Source: an uncultured virus (IMG/VR IMGVR_UViG_3300027785_000021) (Duplodnaviria; Heunggongvirae; Uroviricota; Caudoviricetes). From it: 64,000 nt of DNA. The notes beneath the pieces were generated by a model that was not told the origin of the DNA, searched no databases, and saw only the letters and a list, made by a program, of their open reading frames with translations. The position numbers and the translations under genes were made by a program. The stretch lies in the IMG/VR virus record IMGVR_UViG_3300027785_000021, positions 1 through 64,000 of that record; one strand, 5' to 3'. Shown here piece by piece: positions 39,752-48,645 of the stretch (position 1 is the stretch's first letter; each line of letters opens with the position of its first letter).

Positions 39752-39759
39752 TAACTTTG
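39752..39759 (+). promoter_or_regulatory. Bacteroidota-type -7 promoter box TAACTTTG
   Basis: 16 nt upstream of the lone plus-strand ORF at 39776. Confidence 0.5.
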
Positions 39760-39775
39760 ATTAAATTAAAATTAT

Positions 39776-40150
39776 ATGTCAGAAGAAGTAATTAAATCAT
39801 TCTTACCATCAGGATCAGATGATCAAATGGTAGAGGTCATTAAAGAAGATGCTATTGTAAGCATCAAAATGAGTACAGGATACTATAAAAGAATTCAAAA
39901 TGTTATTGCATTTCTTTTAGAAGGTAAACCTGTATCAGAGGTGCAAGCATCTCATCAGGAAATTGCATCACGTAAAGTGTCAAAATCTTGGATTGTTCAA
40001 TATGAAACTCTTTTAATTCTTTGTAGAGAATTTGAAAAAGCTGCAAAAGAAGCTGACTTTTTTGAAAAAATGACTATTGCTGAACTTCGCGATGCTATGG
40101 AAAAAGCTGAAGAAAGGTTAGAAGATCAAGAAGAATCATCAAATCAGTAA
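39776..40150 (+). CDS. Hypothetical acidic protein, opposite orientation to its neighbours
   Basis: 124 aa; fills the gap between ung and the next gene; has its own promoter box. Confidence 0.7.
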   Translation: MSEEVIKSFLPSGSDDQMVEVIKEDAIVSIKMSTGYYKRIQNVIAFLLEGKPVSEVQASHQEIASRKVSKSWIVQYETLLILCREFEKAAKEADFFEKMTIAELRDAMEKAEERLEDQEESSNQ

Positions 40151-40533
40151 AGATAAATTCCAAGATCATGTCCTAGTGCAATACAACTTTCTATTGATGC
40201 TGACATTTCTTGTTTAGAACAATCTGCAAAACTTTTAAAACCTGCTGATGAAGAGCTGGTTGCTACAATGTAGAGGCCAGCTTTTTCTTTTACTATCATT
40301 TTTATTTCATCAATAGAATGACCAGTTGAGTTTGCAATCTCACGTATAAGTGCGTGAACCTTAGCAAGTTGCCCTGCTGTTTTATCGTCATTTGTAAGAA
40401 CAGTAATGTAAGCTTCTAGCTCCTGTCCTTTTTTAACACCCATGTTAAACAACTTGAGTTTACCTGCATCTTCTGGAGACGCAGGCAATATCTCAGTGCC
40501 ATTAATAATTACTTTGATTGTTGTATTATGCAT
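40144..40533 (-). CDS. NinB/YbcN-like protein
   Basis: KTAGQLAKVHALIREIA..TG....EIK...K and S....SKQEMS..IE resemble the NinB-like pattern. Confidence 0.5.
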   Translation of the reverse strand: MHNTTIKVIINGTEILPASPEDAGKLKLFNMGVKKGQELEAYITVLTNDDKTAGQLAKVHALIREIANSTGHSIDEIKMIVKEKAGLYIVATSSSSAGFKSFADCSKQEMSASIESCIALGHDLGIYLY

Positions 40534-41629
40534 ATGGTTCTGTATAAACAATTTTCTTAGGATCTATGTCTTTCAATGCTTCAGCAATCCAGTCCATATC
40601 TACTGTGTTTTTATAACCAAGAATGTGTATTGTTGCTTTATCATCAGGATTTAACCTTAGCAACCTTCCTATACGCTGATTACTTTGACGTTCATTACTA
40701 TATGAATGTAATATTATACCAGCTTTTAAATTTGGAATATTAACACCTTCATTTAGTTGCTGGACACAAGCAAGTTTTGTAATGTTTCCTGATTTGAATT
40801 GATATAAGTTTTCCTCACTATCTGAATTCTTACTATGATAACTATCCTCACAAATCCAATCTGCTTGCTCAGTAGTATTACAAAAGACAATACATTTATC
40901 ATGCATCATTTCTAATAATTGCTTTGCATAGCGTTCTTTTGTTGGAAAAGTCATTATAGCTTTCATTCTCATAATACGCTTTATCTGCGTTTCTTTTGGT
41001 GACATGATTCTTCTAAGCTGATCAGTCCAGTAAGCATATGCTTTTTGCTCACTATTTAAAAAGAATGAACCATCTTTCTTCTTGACTTTCATGTTGCGTT
41101 CATCACTAAGTGATAACATGTGCACCATAATTTTATAGTCATTAAGAATTGAATCATCAATAGCATCATCTGTTATGTAAGTGTATTGAATTGGACAGTA
41201 ATTAGCAACCATTTCACCTTTCTCAGAAGACTTGTATCTTGGAGGCGTACCTGTAAGACCAAGAATTTTACCTGAAAATGCATTAAGCCATGCATCATGA
41301 GAGTGTTTCAAACTATGACACTCATCAAGTATTACAACATCATACATGGTGCTGTCTACTTTTTTAAGTGAAAGATAGGTTGAGAACTCTAAATGTGGTA
41401 GCAAATGAGTCATTTTGTGCTTAATACACTCAGCTTTCCAGCTATCCCATACAGCTAGTTTAGGACCAACTATAAGGTAACGTTTAAACATACATGTAGG
41501 GTGTAACTTATCAATGTACTTTAGACCTATTAAAGTTTTACCTACACCCATTGATATGCCTAAACCTGCTTTACGCTTCCCCTGTATCGCCTTTAGGGCT
41601 TCTTCTTGGATAATCTCGCGGTTTTTCAT
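40526..41629 (-). CDS. SF2 (DExH) helicase
   Basis: MGVGKT, ILDECH, GLTGTP, LNEGVNIP, QRIGRLLR. Confidence 0.88.
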   Translation of the reverse strand: MKNREIIQEEALKAIQGKRKAGLGISMGVGKTLIGLKYIDKLHPTCMFKRYLIVGPKLAVWDSWKAECIKHKMTHLLPHLEFSTYLSLKKVDSTMYDVVILDECHSLKHSHDAWLNAFSGKILGLTGTPPRYKSSEKGEMVANYCPIQYTYITDDAIDDSILNDYKIMVHMLSLSDERNMKVKKKDGSFFLNSEQKAYAYWTDQLRRIMSPKETQIKRIMRMKAIMTFPTKERYAKQLLEMMHDKCIVFCNTTEQADWICEDSYHSKNSDSEENLYQFKSGNITKLACVQQLNEGVNIPNLKAGIILHSYSNERQSNQRIGRLLRLNPDDKATIHILGYKNTVDMDWIAEALKDIDPKKIVYTEPYA

Positions 41630-41870
41630 ATTTGTTTTCTCTTTTTGGAACAACTTTGAACATTTGCGTATTGTTTTCTTTTATTCCTCTAACACCTTTT
41701 TCTTCAAGAACTTTTGTCTTGTCAATCCATTGAATGTTTAGAAGAACTTTGTTAAAGAATCTTATAATTGCATTTGGTTTTTTTGATGACCATAGCAGTA
41801 ATCCTCTTTCATCTACTGCATCTTGTTTTGTTGTGGCTCCTATTATAAAATAGCCAATAAACTTTTTCAT
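41571..41870 (-). CDS. Hypothetical basic protein
   Basis: 99-aa ORF; KKPN.I.RFF.K.LL..W. Confidence 0.55.
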   Translation of the reverse strand: MKKFIGYFIIGATTKQDAVDERGLLLWSSKKPNAIIRFFNKVLLNIQWIDKTKVLEEKGVRGIKENNTQMFKVVPKRENKYEKPRDYPRRSPKGDTGEA

Positions 41871-41871
41871 T

Positions 41872-42288
41872 TTAAGTTAATTTAGATTGTGACAAATTCA
41901 TTTCTCTTGCTTCTTTTGGATGAGTTTCTACCCATTGATGGCAAGATAAACACAAAGGTATCCAGGTTTTCTTATCAAGATAATATAACCCTCTTCCCTT
42001 AGTATGGTGCACTGTCAAATTCTCCTTGAATTGACCCATGCACTCAGGCAATTTTGCTCTACATGTAGAGTTTAAAGGTTCATTTAAGAACTCTTTACGC
42101 ATCTTGCTGTATAAAACATCAAGTACGTCTTTTTTATCAGATTTTGGTTTAATTGATCTTTTGTTTGATGGTGTTTTAGTCACCTCTTGAGAGTACCAGC
42201 AGTCTTTGCAGTATTTATTACCCTCATGGTTTTTCCAGATCATTTTGTCCAGCTCACAGCTAGAACATTTTTTAAGTTTTACTTGCAT
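41872..42288 (-). CDS. HNH endonuclease-like protein with N-terminal Zn finger
   Basis: CSSC...CKDC; C....C...TVHHTKGRG...LCLSCHQWVE. Confidence 0.7.
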   Translation of the reverse strand: MQVKLKKCSSCELDKMIWKNHEGNKYCKDCWYSQEVTKTPSNKRSIKPKSDKKDVLDVLYSKMRKEFLNEPLNSTCRAKLPECMGQFKENLTVHHTKGRGLYYLDKKTWIPLCLSCHQWVETHPKEAREMNLSQSKLT

Positions 42289-42306
42289 ATAATTTATCTA
42301 GCAAGC

Positions 42307-42600
42307 TCAGATTTCTATGTTGTCAATGTCAATGAAATCACTGTCAGTTAGTTTATCTATGTCAGAGATATCAACAAGATCAGGTTCATGTTCAATAATG
42401 TTATCATCATTGTAATCCTCATCTCTTTTTTTAGATGGTCCATAATACAAAACACTTATCGCAAAAGGATCATTTACTTCATCTCCCCAATTAGCAGCCT
42501 CTAATTCTTTAAGCATTCTGTCCCATTCAAAATCAGACATTCCAGCATATTGTTCTACTTTCAACTCAATACATTTACCATTTGGTAATTGGTATAGCAT
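42307..42600 (-). CDS. Hypothetical acidic protein
   Basis: MLYQLPNGKCI; very acidic C-terminus. Confidence 0.65.
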   Translation of the reverse strand: MLYQLPNGKCIELKVEQYAGMSDFEWDRMLKELEAANWGDEVNDPFAISVLYYGPSKKRDEDYNDDNIIEHEPDLVDISDIDKLTDSDFIDIDNIEI

Positions 42601-42653
42601 GTTTAGCAAAATATTAAAGAACTAAGTTAAACTATTCTAACAAAAGCTTGGTA

Positions 42654-42661
42654 CAAATATA
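42654..42661 (-). promoter_or_regulatory. Bacteroidota-type -7 promoter box TATATTTG
   Basis: Intergenic TAnnTTTG upstream of 42600. Confidence 0.5.
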
Positions 42662-42695
42662 AGAAATATAAAAAATTTAACGTACTACATAGCTA

Positions 42696-43052
42696 TTAAA
42701 ATTCTGCTCTTCTAAAAAAATTTTGTACAAAGTCTTCTAATTCCATGGTGACACTGTCAACACCACTTCCACAGCTACTAATACTTACGTGTTTTGTGAT
42801 AACATTAATAACAATTAAAAGATTTGTATCCACGCAGTACTGACTGCCAATTCCAAATCCTTTGTCATCAGACCATTTATCATATGGAATCATTGCGCAA
42901 AAAATCATACGTGTAAGATAATCTGCATCATCCCATCTTTGTCTTCTTGAAAGAACCTCATGTACAACAGATACTAATGTACTTGCATTGTCATGTGTAT
43001 ACAGATAGACAGAGCTATGCTCTCCTATAACCTGTACTTGAGCACTTTTCAT
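42696..43052 (-). CDS. Hypothetical protein
   Basis: VYLYTH...RWDDADYLTRMIF...GFGI; start codon uncertain (43052 or 43067). Confidence 0.65.
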   Translation of the reverse strand: MKSAQVQVIGEHSSVYLYTHDNASTLVSVVHEVLSRRQRWDDADYLTRMIFCAMIPYDKWSDDKGFGIGSQYCVDTNLLIVINVITKHVSISSCGSGVDSVTMELEDFVQNFFRRAEF

Positions 43053-43218
43053 ATTAATTTTTTCCATGATTTTTTGTAGATTAAAAAAATACAACATTCT
43101 ATCCACGCAATTTGAAATGTAATCTTATACTTGTAAGCAAACACCAAAGGCATTTTCTCCAAGTAAAGACCTAGACCAAACTTTCTTGAATAGAATAATA
43201 TTTTGACAAACAAATGTT

Positions 43219-43650
43219 TCATTTTCCTGTACTGCCAAATCCACCTTCACCTCTTTCAGATGATGATAACTCAGCTACTTCTATGATTTCTACAAATGGT
43301 AATTTCATAATGACAAGTTGTGCCACTCTATCTCCAATATCATAAACATCACCTTCTTCAAGGTATCTAAATTTAAGCATAAGAGAACCTCTATAACCTG
43401 AATCAATTACACCAACAGAATTGGCTAAATTCAAAGTTGTTTTACTTACTGAACTTCTAGGAAATAAAAGACCAACATAACCTTCAGGAATTTCTAAAGA
43501 TAATCCTGTGTCATATGTCACCATTGTACTGTCTTTATTCCACTCTTCACTGATGGCTACTAAGTCCATACCTGCGTCACCAGCTTTAGCGTAACAAGGT
43601 ATTACTGCGTCTGGATGCAGCTTTTTTATTTTTAATTTTATATTACTCAT
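43219..43650 (-). CDS. dut: Trimeric dUTPase
   Basis: AGMDL, PRSS, GVIDSGYRG, RVAQL, RGEGGFGSTG. Confidence 0.95.
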   Translation of the reverse strand: MSNIKLKIKKLHPDAVIPCYAKAGDAGMDLVAISEEWNKDSTMVTYDTGLSLEIPEGYVGLLFPRSSVSKTTLNLANSVGVIDSGYRGSLMLKFRYLEEGDVYDIGDRVAQLVIMKLPFVEIIEVAELSSSERGEGGFGSTGK

Positions 43651-43654
43651 ATAT

Positions 43655-43662
43655 CAAAGTTA
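43655..43662 (-). promoter_or_regulatory. Bacteroidota-type -7 promoter box TAACTTTG
   Basis: 4 nt upstream of the dut ATG. Confidence 0.5.
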
Positions 43663-43763
43663 AAAAAAAGTTAATTAAAATATCCAATTATCAATAATTC
43701 ATGTATATTTGTACAGACAGCTTCGACTCTGTTTGTTTTTTATGATTATTTTAATTGTTACTA

Positions 43764-43792
43764 AGAAAGGGGGATTTAGGTCCCCCTTTTTT
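43764..43792. terminator. Intrinsic (bidirectional-looking) terminator
   Basis: aaaggggga-tttagg-tcccccttt immediately after the stop of 43794..44060. Confidence 0.8.
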
Positions 43793-43793
43793 A

Positions 43794-44060
43794 TTAGTCA
43801 AAAATATAAGACACAGTGTTGTTAAATGGATCAAATTCCATTTGATTTGTCTTACTGTAAGTACCTGGTTCTAACACCATTTTGTCATGCTCATCATGAG
43901 TAATAACTGTAGGGTTTTTTACTATTAAATCAATTGCTTGATCAGTTTTGTGTTTATACCCAAAAGGTTTATTAGCAGTCATTATGTGCTTTTGTGGCTC
44001 ACCACCTGGTGTTAATTGTAGTTTTGTGGTTGATTCCCAACCATTTGTGTGATTATCCAT
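43794..44060 (-). CDS. Small His-motif protein (HDEH...LEPGTY...QMEFDP)
   Basis: Motif recalls the small partner gene of DUF6745-like proteins; TAATG coupling to the upstream gene. Confidence 0.65.
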   Translation of the reverse strand: MDNHTNGWESTTKLQLTPGGEPQKHIMTANKPFGYKHKTDQAIDLIVKNPTVITHDEHDKMVLEPGTYSKTNQMEFDPFNNTVSYIFD

Positions 44061-44767
44061 TATGATTCTGATTTTAAAAGTTTAATATACTGTTCTTTAC
44101 TTAAATGATATGGTCTGCAATCTTTACTTGTTGATGAGTGTTTTGCTAAAATAACATCTCCTTGTCTATAAATATACTCAGGATCTGTAATGTTCAACTG
44201 GACAGTCCATGCAATTGCTTCAAGTGCATCTTTACTTCTACCAATATTATTTGGTACATAAATCCAATACTCGCGATTTGTTGTGCTACACCAGCATCTT
44301 ACTGCATAAATAGTAGCATTTTTAACACGAAATTCACTTTTTTCTTCAGGAAATAATCTTGCACCTTCAATTTCATACAGTTCATACTCATCTTTCATTG
44401 TTTTTGAAACTTCTGTATTGTTCTCTAACCAAGAAACACCTTCTTTTTCAAGAGTTTGTTTGTCAACAAGCACTGGTTTTAATTCCTTAAACAAATCAAT
44501 CACACCAATTGCTTTAAAATACAAGCGTCTAATTTCAATATTCTTTTCTGCAAAAGCCATTGACACAGTTATATCTGGAGTATCATTCCAAGAGTGTTCT
44601 ATGGAATCAGCAAAAGATTGAACTTCTGGATGAGTTTTGCCACCAATAACATTGTTATAAAAATTGTCATAAGTTTTATAAAGTTTTTTCCAATACATTT
44701 TAGCAGAATTCTCGTCCACTGGCATGTTTTCCATGTAATACTGTTTTGTTTTTTCTTCTGTTATCAT
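44060..44767 (-). CDS. DUF6745-like protein
   Basis: EKNIEIRR....IG, VRCWCSTTNREYWIYVP, ALEAIAWT. Confidence 0.6.
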   Translation of the reverse strand: MITEEKTKQYYMENMPVDENSAKMYWKKLYKTYDNFYNNVIGGKTHPEVQSFADSIEHSWNDTPDITVSMAFAEKNIEIRRLYFKAIGVIDLFKELKPVLVDKQTLEKEGVSWLENNTEVSKTMKDEYELYEIEGARLFPEEKSEFRVKNATIYAVRCWCSTTNREYWIYVPNNIGRSKDALEAIAWTVQLNITDPEYIYRQGDVILAKHSSTSKDCRPYHLSKEQYIKLLKSES

Positions 44768-45462
44768 AATTCTTGATCATTTAAGTTTTCTGCATACTCT
44801 TTTAAATCAATACAAACACCTGTTAATGATTCTTCATAGCCCACGTATTCAAGACTGGTAACTCTAAAAATATAATTGTCATAATCAAGTTTTGCAGCTT
44901 CTGCAACACCTTCTTCATCCCATTGTTCAGTTTGCCAACCAGACCATTCTGCATTAGGAACATTACCGTTTAGAGCTTCTAATGCTTTTTCTATAAAATC
45001 ATCTTGTAATGATTCACATAAAGTAATTAACTCAGTACTGAGAAAACCATTTTTTACTTTAGGAACTATTGATACTGTACCTCCATCAAGAATATTCTCA
45101 ATGTTGATTTCTAATTCATCAAAGTAAAACTTTTTGGGTATTTTTACAACTATTGCATTTTCAATTTGAAGTTCTAATGACTCAGTTGTGTCCTCACTAT
45201 AAATATCTTCACCTTCAAACATTTTTGTCACAGGATCATATACAGCTATACCATTGGCATTGAACTCACCAGCCCAAGAGCCATAATCAAGAATGCTACA
45301 CATTCTATCAACCAGCCATTCAGCTTCAGGATCACTTGATGATTCTCCATCAACTTGTATATATACCCAGCCAGAGTCTCCTCCACCTTCCCAGCATATT
45401 GCTACTTCTTTGCCATCTTGTGATTTCTCATCACACCATTTTATTACATCTTCTATTGTCAT
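44764..45462 (-). CDS. DUF6878-like acidic protein
   Basis: WEGGGDSG and YGSWAGEFNANG motifs; adjacent to the DUF6915-like gene. Confidence 0.55.
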   Translation of the reverse strand: MTIEDVIKWCDEKSQDGKEVAICWEGGGDSGWVYIQVDGESSSDPEAEWLVDRMCSILDYGSWAGEFNANGIAVYDPVTKMFEGEDIYSEDTTESLELQIENAIVVKIPKKFYFDELEINIENILDGGTVSIVPKVKNGFLSTELITLCESLQDDFIEKALEALNGNVPNAEWSGWQTEQWDEEGVAEAAKLDYDNYIFRVTSLEYVGYEESLTGVCIDLKEYAENLNDQEL

Positions 45463-45857
45463 GGTAATTTTGTTTTTGATTGTTTAACATAATCTGATTT
45501 TTCTTCTGCGATTTCTTTAAGAACTTTTCTTCCTTCGCCAGGTTTGTACATCCATCCTACGATGTTCATGTTGTCAAGGTAATCTTTGATTGTAGGAATC
45601 CATCCAATGTCTTCCATGCAATGTTGTTCGCCAAGTGTTCTGACAGGTACTTTTTTACCAGCAGAGTTTACTATGTATACGCCAAACTCTTTCTCACACC
45701 AAAAGATACCTTCTGCATGATGGCGTAATGCTCTATGACGCATATCTGGATAATGCATCTTAGTTTCGTCAAACCAATTATGAATTGGTAAATAATCTTC
45801 TGCCTCACCTCCCCATTTCTTTGCAGAGGAGATGCTGTGATGTAAAGGATGTGACAT
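45459..45857 (-). CDS. DUF6915-like His-rich protein
   Basis: MSHPLHHSISSAKKWGG..EDYLPIHNWFDETK...RHRALRHHAEGIF...VPVR.LGEQH..ED.G.IPT. Confidence 0.75.
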   Translation of the reverse strand: MSHPLHHSISSAKKWGGEAEDYLPIHNWFDETKMHYPDMRHRALRHHAEGIFWCEKEFGVYIVNSAGKKVPVRTLGEQHCMEDIGWIPTIKDYLDNMNIVGWMYKPGEGRKVLKEIAEEKSDYVKQSKTKLP

Positions 45858-45858
45858 A

Positions 45859-46029
45859 TTATATAATTTTGATATTAACTTCTGAGACAACAATCCATGT
45901 GCAATCACTATTGATTACATATACGCCATCTTCAGTAGTATAATCTTCTGGGCACTCCCATACATTCTCATCATAAGGATAAACAGTAACTGTTTCACAC
46001 GAATGGTCTATCACTATCAGCTTCTTCAT
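45859..46029 (-). CDS. Hypothetical protein
   Basis: Short ORF tiling the operon (MKKLIVIDHS...). Confidence 0.5.
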   Translation of the reverse strand: MKKLIVIDHSCETVTVYPYDENVWECPEDYTTEDGVYVINSDCTWIVVSEVNIKII

Positions 46030-46312
46030 CTGTGACTTCTTTTTTTGATGGATCAAGTAATGATTTTTGCTTATTGTTCTTGCGTTCTATTTCATCAATT
46101 TTCATTTCAATTACAGGACGCGAATAAGGTTTGACAACTCCATTGTCATTGTAGTATCTGATTCTCTCTATCTTGTGCAAAAGACCTTGCTCAACAGGCA
46201 TATAGTCTGAAAAAAAATAATCTATGTTTCTTATTTTTCTCCAGTCCATATGACTCCAATCTGTTGTCAATGCACTTAACTGATTTCTCAGATACTTTTC
46301 ATTATTTGTCAT
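45995..46312 (-). CDS. Hypothetical protein
   Basis: 105-aa ORF tiling the operon. Confidence 0.6.
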   Translation of the reverse strand: MTNNEKYLRNQLSALTTDWSHMDWRKIRNIDYFFSDYMPVEQGLLHKIERIRYYNDNGVVKPYSRPVIEMKIDEIERKNNKQKSLLDPSKKEVTDEEADSDRPFV

Positions 46313-46613
46313 CGCTTGTTTCTGGAAAAGGAACTTCTTCTAAATCTTTAGGATTTTTGATTTCTAACCTTAATTCTTTAATACCAAATTCTACAGCCAT
46401 GTAAGTAAGTTTTGCAACTGCTGCCCACATTGCATAATCTGCTGGCATACGAGATGTATAGTAAAAAGAATCCATGTTATCACCAGGTATTACTTCAAAT
46501 TTTGATTGTGATTCATTCACAATTAGTTTAACTGAAGCTGTTATCACTTTGCCATCTTTGTTTACGTAATCTTCTGTAAGCGTATAGCTTTTGCTTGTTA
46601 CATTAATATCCAT
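46302..46613 (-). CDS. Hypothetical protein
   Basis: 103-aa ORF tiling the operon. Confidence 0.6.
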   Translation of the reverse strand: MDINVTSKSYTLTEDYVNKDGKVITASVKLIVNESQSKFEVIPGDNMDSFYYTSRMPADYAMWAAVAKLTYMAVEFGIKELRLEIKNPKDLEEVPFPETSDDK

Positions 46614-46619
46614 GATTTT

Positions 46620-47177
46620 TTAGTTTTGATTTTTGTTAATACTATCTAAGATTTCTCTATAGAATTTGTCATAGTTTTCTTTAAGTAGATTTGAAAATGT
46701 ACCATCAACATCTGATTTGTCAATCTTTTCATTGCTGTATTCTTCATCATATTCTAAAGAAATTTCACCAGATGTATGGCGAATAATGTCATAAAGATGC
46801 AATGCTGCGTTTTTATATGACTCTATTTGCACCATTACTACTTCTGCTCTATCAGGTGATAATGATGGGCGAATGTTTGTGTCAATATGTTCATCTTTTT
46901 TCCTTTTTATAATCCATGCTTCAGTAATAAATGCTAAAGCAACAGGTTTGACTACTTGAATTGCTTGCTTAACTGCAGCAATAAATCTAGGTTTGTCTTC
47001 TTGTGTATGTAATGCAGCTAGTTGAGGTGCAGCAACCGTTACAAACTCTTTATTGTCATCTTGTGTTAGGAATGCTACTAACATTGGCATTTCACCATTT
47101 TCATTCATGTATTTTACTGCAAAGTTTTTATTTTGTTCTTGAAACCTTGCAATTGCTTTGTCTAGTTCTATATTCAT
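46620..47177 (-). CDS. Hypothetical protein
   Basis: FITEAW...R.EVV...E motif; ATG 47177. Confidence 0.65.
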   Translation of the reverse strand: MNIELDKAIARFQEQNKNFAVKYMNENGEMPMLVAFLTQDDNKEFVTVAAPQLAALHTQEDKPRFIAAVKQAIQVVKPVALAFITEAWIIKRKKDEHIDTNIRPSLSPDRAEVVMVQIESYKNAALHLYDIIRHTSGEISLEYDEEYSNEKIDKSDVDGTFSNLLKENYDKFYREILDSINKNQN

Positions 47178-47187
47178 TACATATTTT

Positions 47188-47436
47188 TTATTTAAAGAAT
47201 TTCTCAAAAATCTCTTGAGCAGCACTTTCTGCCCATGCTATCATATTGTCTTCATCTGAATCCCAACATCCATCATATACAATACCAGCAGTATGCATAG
47301 CTTTACCCATGATGTAACCCATTATTTTATAATCAGGACCATCACAATTGGTAAAATCTATTACTACTACTGGTTTTGAATGTTTAGTTGATTCAGAGTT
47401 TGTGACAACTATAAAGTTGTTAAACTCATGTTCCAT
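47188..47436 (-). CDS. Hypothetical protein
   Basis: 82 aa; resembles the C-terminal half of 49978..50370 (see findings). Confidence 0.6.
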   Translation of the reverse strand: MEHEFNNFIVVTNSESTKHSKPVVVIDFTNCDGPDYKIMGYIMGKAMHTAGIVYDGCWDSDEDNMIAWAESAAQEIFEKFFK

Positions 47437-47437
47437 A

Positions 47438-47629
47438 CTATTTCCATTTCATGTTAGGATTTGTCTTATAATTGATATAAGCTTGCGCTGCTCTTTTGCT
47501 AGCGAAATATCTGATTGCGTTTGAATCAGATTCTTTTACATACAGCCATCTTGTAAAAAAGATGAATACATTACTCTTGTATAATACTACATACTTATCA
47601 GTAGCTACTTGTTCTAATTTATATTCCAT
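47438..47629 (-). CDS. Hypothetical protein
   Basis: 63 aa; preceded by TAACTTTG at 47659-47666. Confidence 0.55.
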   Translation of the reverse strand: MEYKLEQVATDKYVVLYKSNVFIFFTRWLYVKESDSNAIRYFASKRAAQAYINYKTNPNMKWK

Positions 47630-47666
47630 AACAATAAATTTATGATGTTTACATTTACCAAAGTTA

Positions 47667-47981
47667 CTACAAACTTTTTGATTTAAACTTAGGAGAACAT
47701 CCTAAACGAATTGATACACTAAACCCACGTTTTTCATGGGCTGATAGCTTAATAGATTTGTCATTCATGTGTTTTTGAATAATCTCTTCAAACTTTTCTT
47801 CTTCAAGTTCATAATCCATAAATGGTATTGCAAGCTGTCCAAGTTCATTCTTGTCAGCTTCAGCCATCATTTTGTCAAAATCTCCTATAGGAGTACTGTT
47901 AGCAAATAGCTCTCTGTAACAGTTCATTGCAACGTTATCAATACGTTTTGCTCTGGGCATTCTTTTTTCAGTGGTTGCCAT
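47667..47981 (-). CDS. Hypothetical protein
   Basis: 104 aa; CYRELFANSTP...LGCSPK. Confidence 0.65.
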   Translation of the reverse strand: MATTEKRMPRAKRIDNVAMNCYRELFANSTPIGDFDKMMAEADKNELGQLAIPFMDYELEEEKFEEIIQKHMNDKSIKLSAHEKRGFSVSIRLGCSPKFKSKSL

Positions 47982-47985
47982 AATC

Positions 47986-48210
47986 TTAAATTTTTACGTT
48001 CATTAAATGTTCTGAAATTGCAGTAAGCTCTCTCATTGCTGTCTCATCATCAAGTGTTTGCAAATTTACAACAGTTTGAAACATTGACATGCATCCACCA
48101 ATAAATCCTTTACGCATTTCAGTGTATTGTAAATCATTTTTAGGCATTTCACCAAGACCAATAGCTTCCATCATTTTGTCAAATTCTACATCTACATTAA
48201 ATGTTGCCAT
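47986..48210 (-). CDS. Hypothetical protein
   Basis: 74 aa; Q..EMRKGFIGG. Confidence 0.6.
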   Translation of the reverse strand: MATFNVDVEFDKMMEAIGLGEMPKNDLQYTEMRKGFIGGCMSMFQTVVNLQTLDDETAMRELTAISEHLMNVKI

Positions 48211-48215
48211 AATAA

Positions 48216-48401
48216 TTATTTTTTCTTTAAATGTTCAATTACTCTTTCCCAATAACTTCTAGCTTTCATTCTACCATCTTGATATGGTGCTAATGAATGA
48301 GTTGCTATGGCAGATTTTAATGATTCTTCTTTAGCTTTCTCATCACCATGTAGTTTAATAGCATAAGCATACATTTCATTAGCTTTTTCTTTTTCTGTCA
48401 T
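48216..48401 (-). CDS. Hypothetical protein
   Basis: 61 aa; MTEKEKANE...YWERV. Confidence 0.6.
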   Translation of the reverse strand: MTEKEKANEMYAYAIKLHGDEKAKEESLKSAIATHSLAPYQDGRMKARSYWERVIEHLKKK

Positions 48402-48493
48402 AATCTTGATATTACTAGATAATTTGCATAAGCATCTTCATAGGTCTTTGCCCATATTCTGTAACCATCAATTATAAATAGTTGTTTTTCCAT
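48398..48493 (-). CDS. Micro-protein (31 aa)
   Basis: Not in the track: MEKQLFIIDGYRIWAKTYEDAYANYLVISRL; overlaps both neighbours. Confidence 0.55.
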   Translation of the reverse strand: MEKQLFIIDGYRIWAKTYEDAYANYLVISRL

Positions 48494-48645
48494 TAGTCTT
48501 CTATTTTAGTTTTTATTAAATTAATTGCTGTTTTAAAACCAGCTAAAAAACCTACATATAAATCAGGTTGAGGTTTACCATAGCTTTCTTCTATCATATA
48601 CTTTTCAGCCATTTCTCTTAAAATATCATCAGTTATGTCTTCCAT
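48493..48645 (-). CDS. Micro-protein (50 aa)
   Basis: Not in the track: MEDITDDILREMAEKY...GFLAGFKTA; TAATG coupling on both sides. Confidence 0.55.
   Translation of the reverse strand: MEDITDDILREMAEKYMIEESYGKPQPDLYVGFLAGFKTAINLIKTKIED

Noticed and set aside
39189..39764. 191-aa plus-strand ORF (also 52365..52832 and 26870..27202)
   Set aside because: Antisense shadows of ung, the vWA gene and nrdJ
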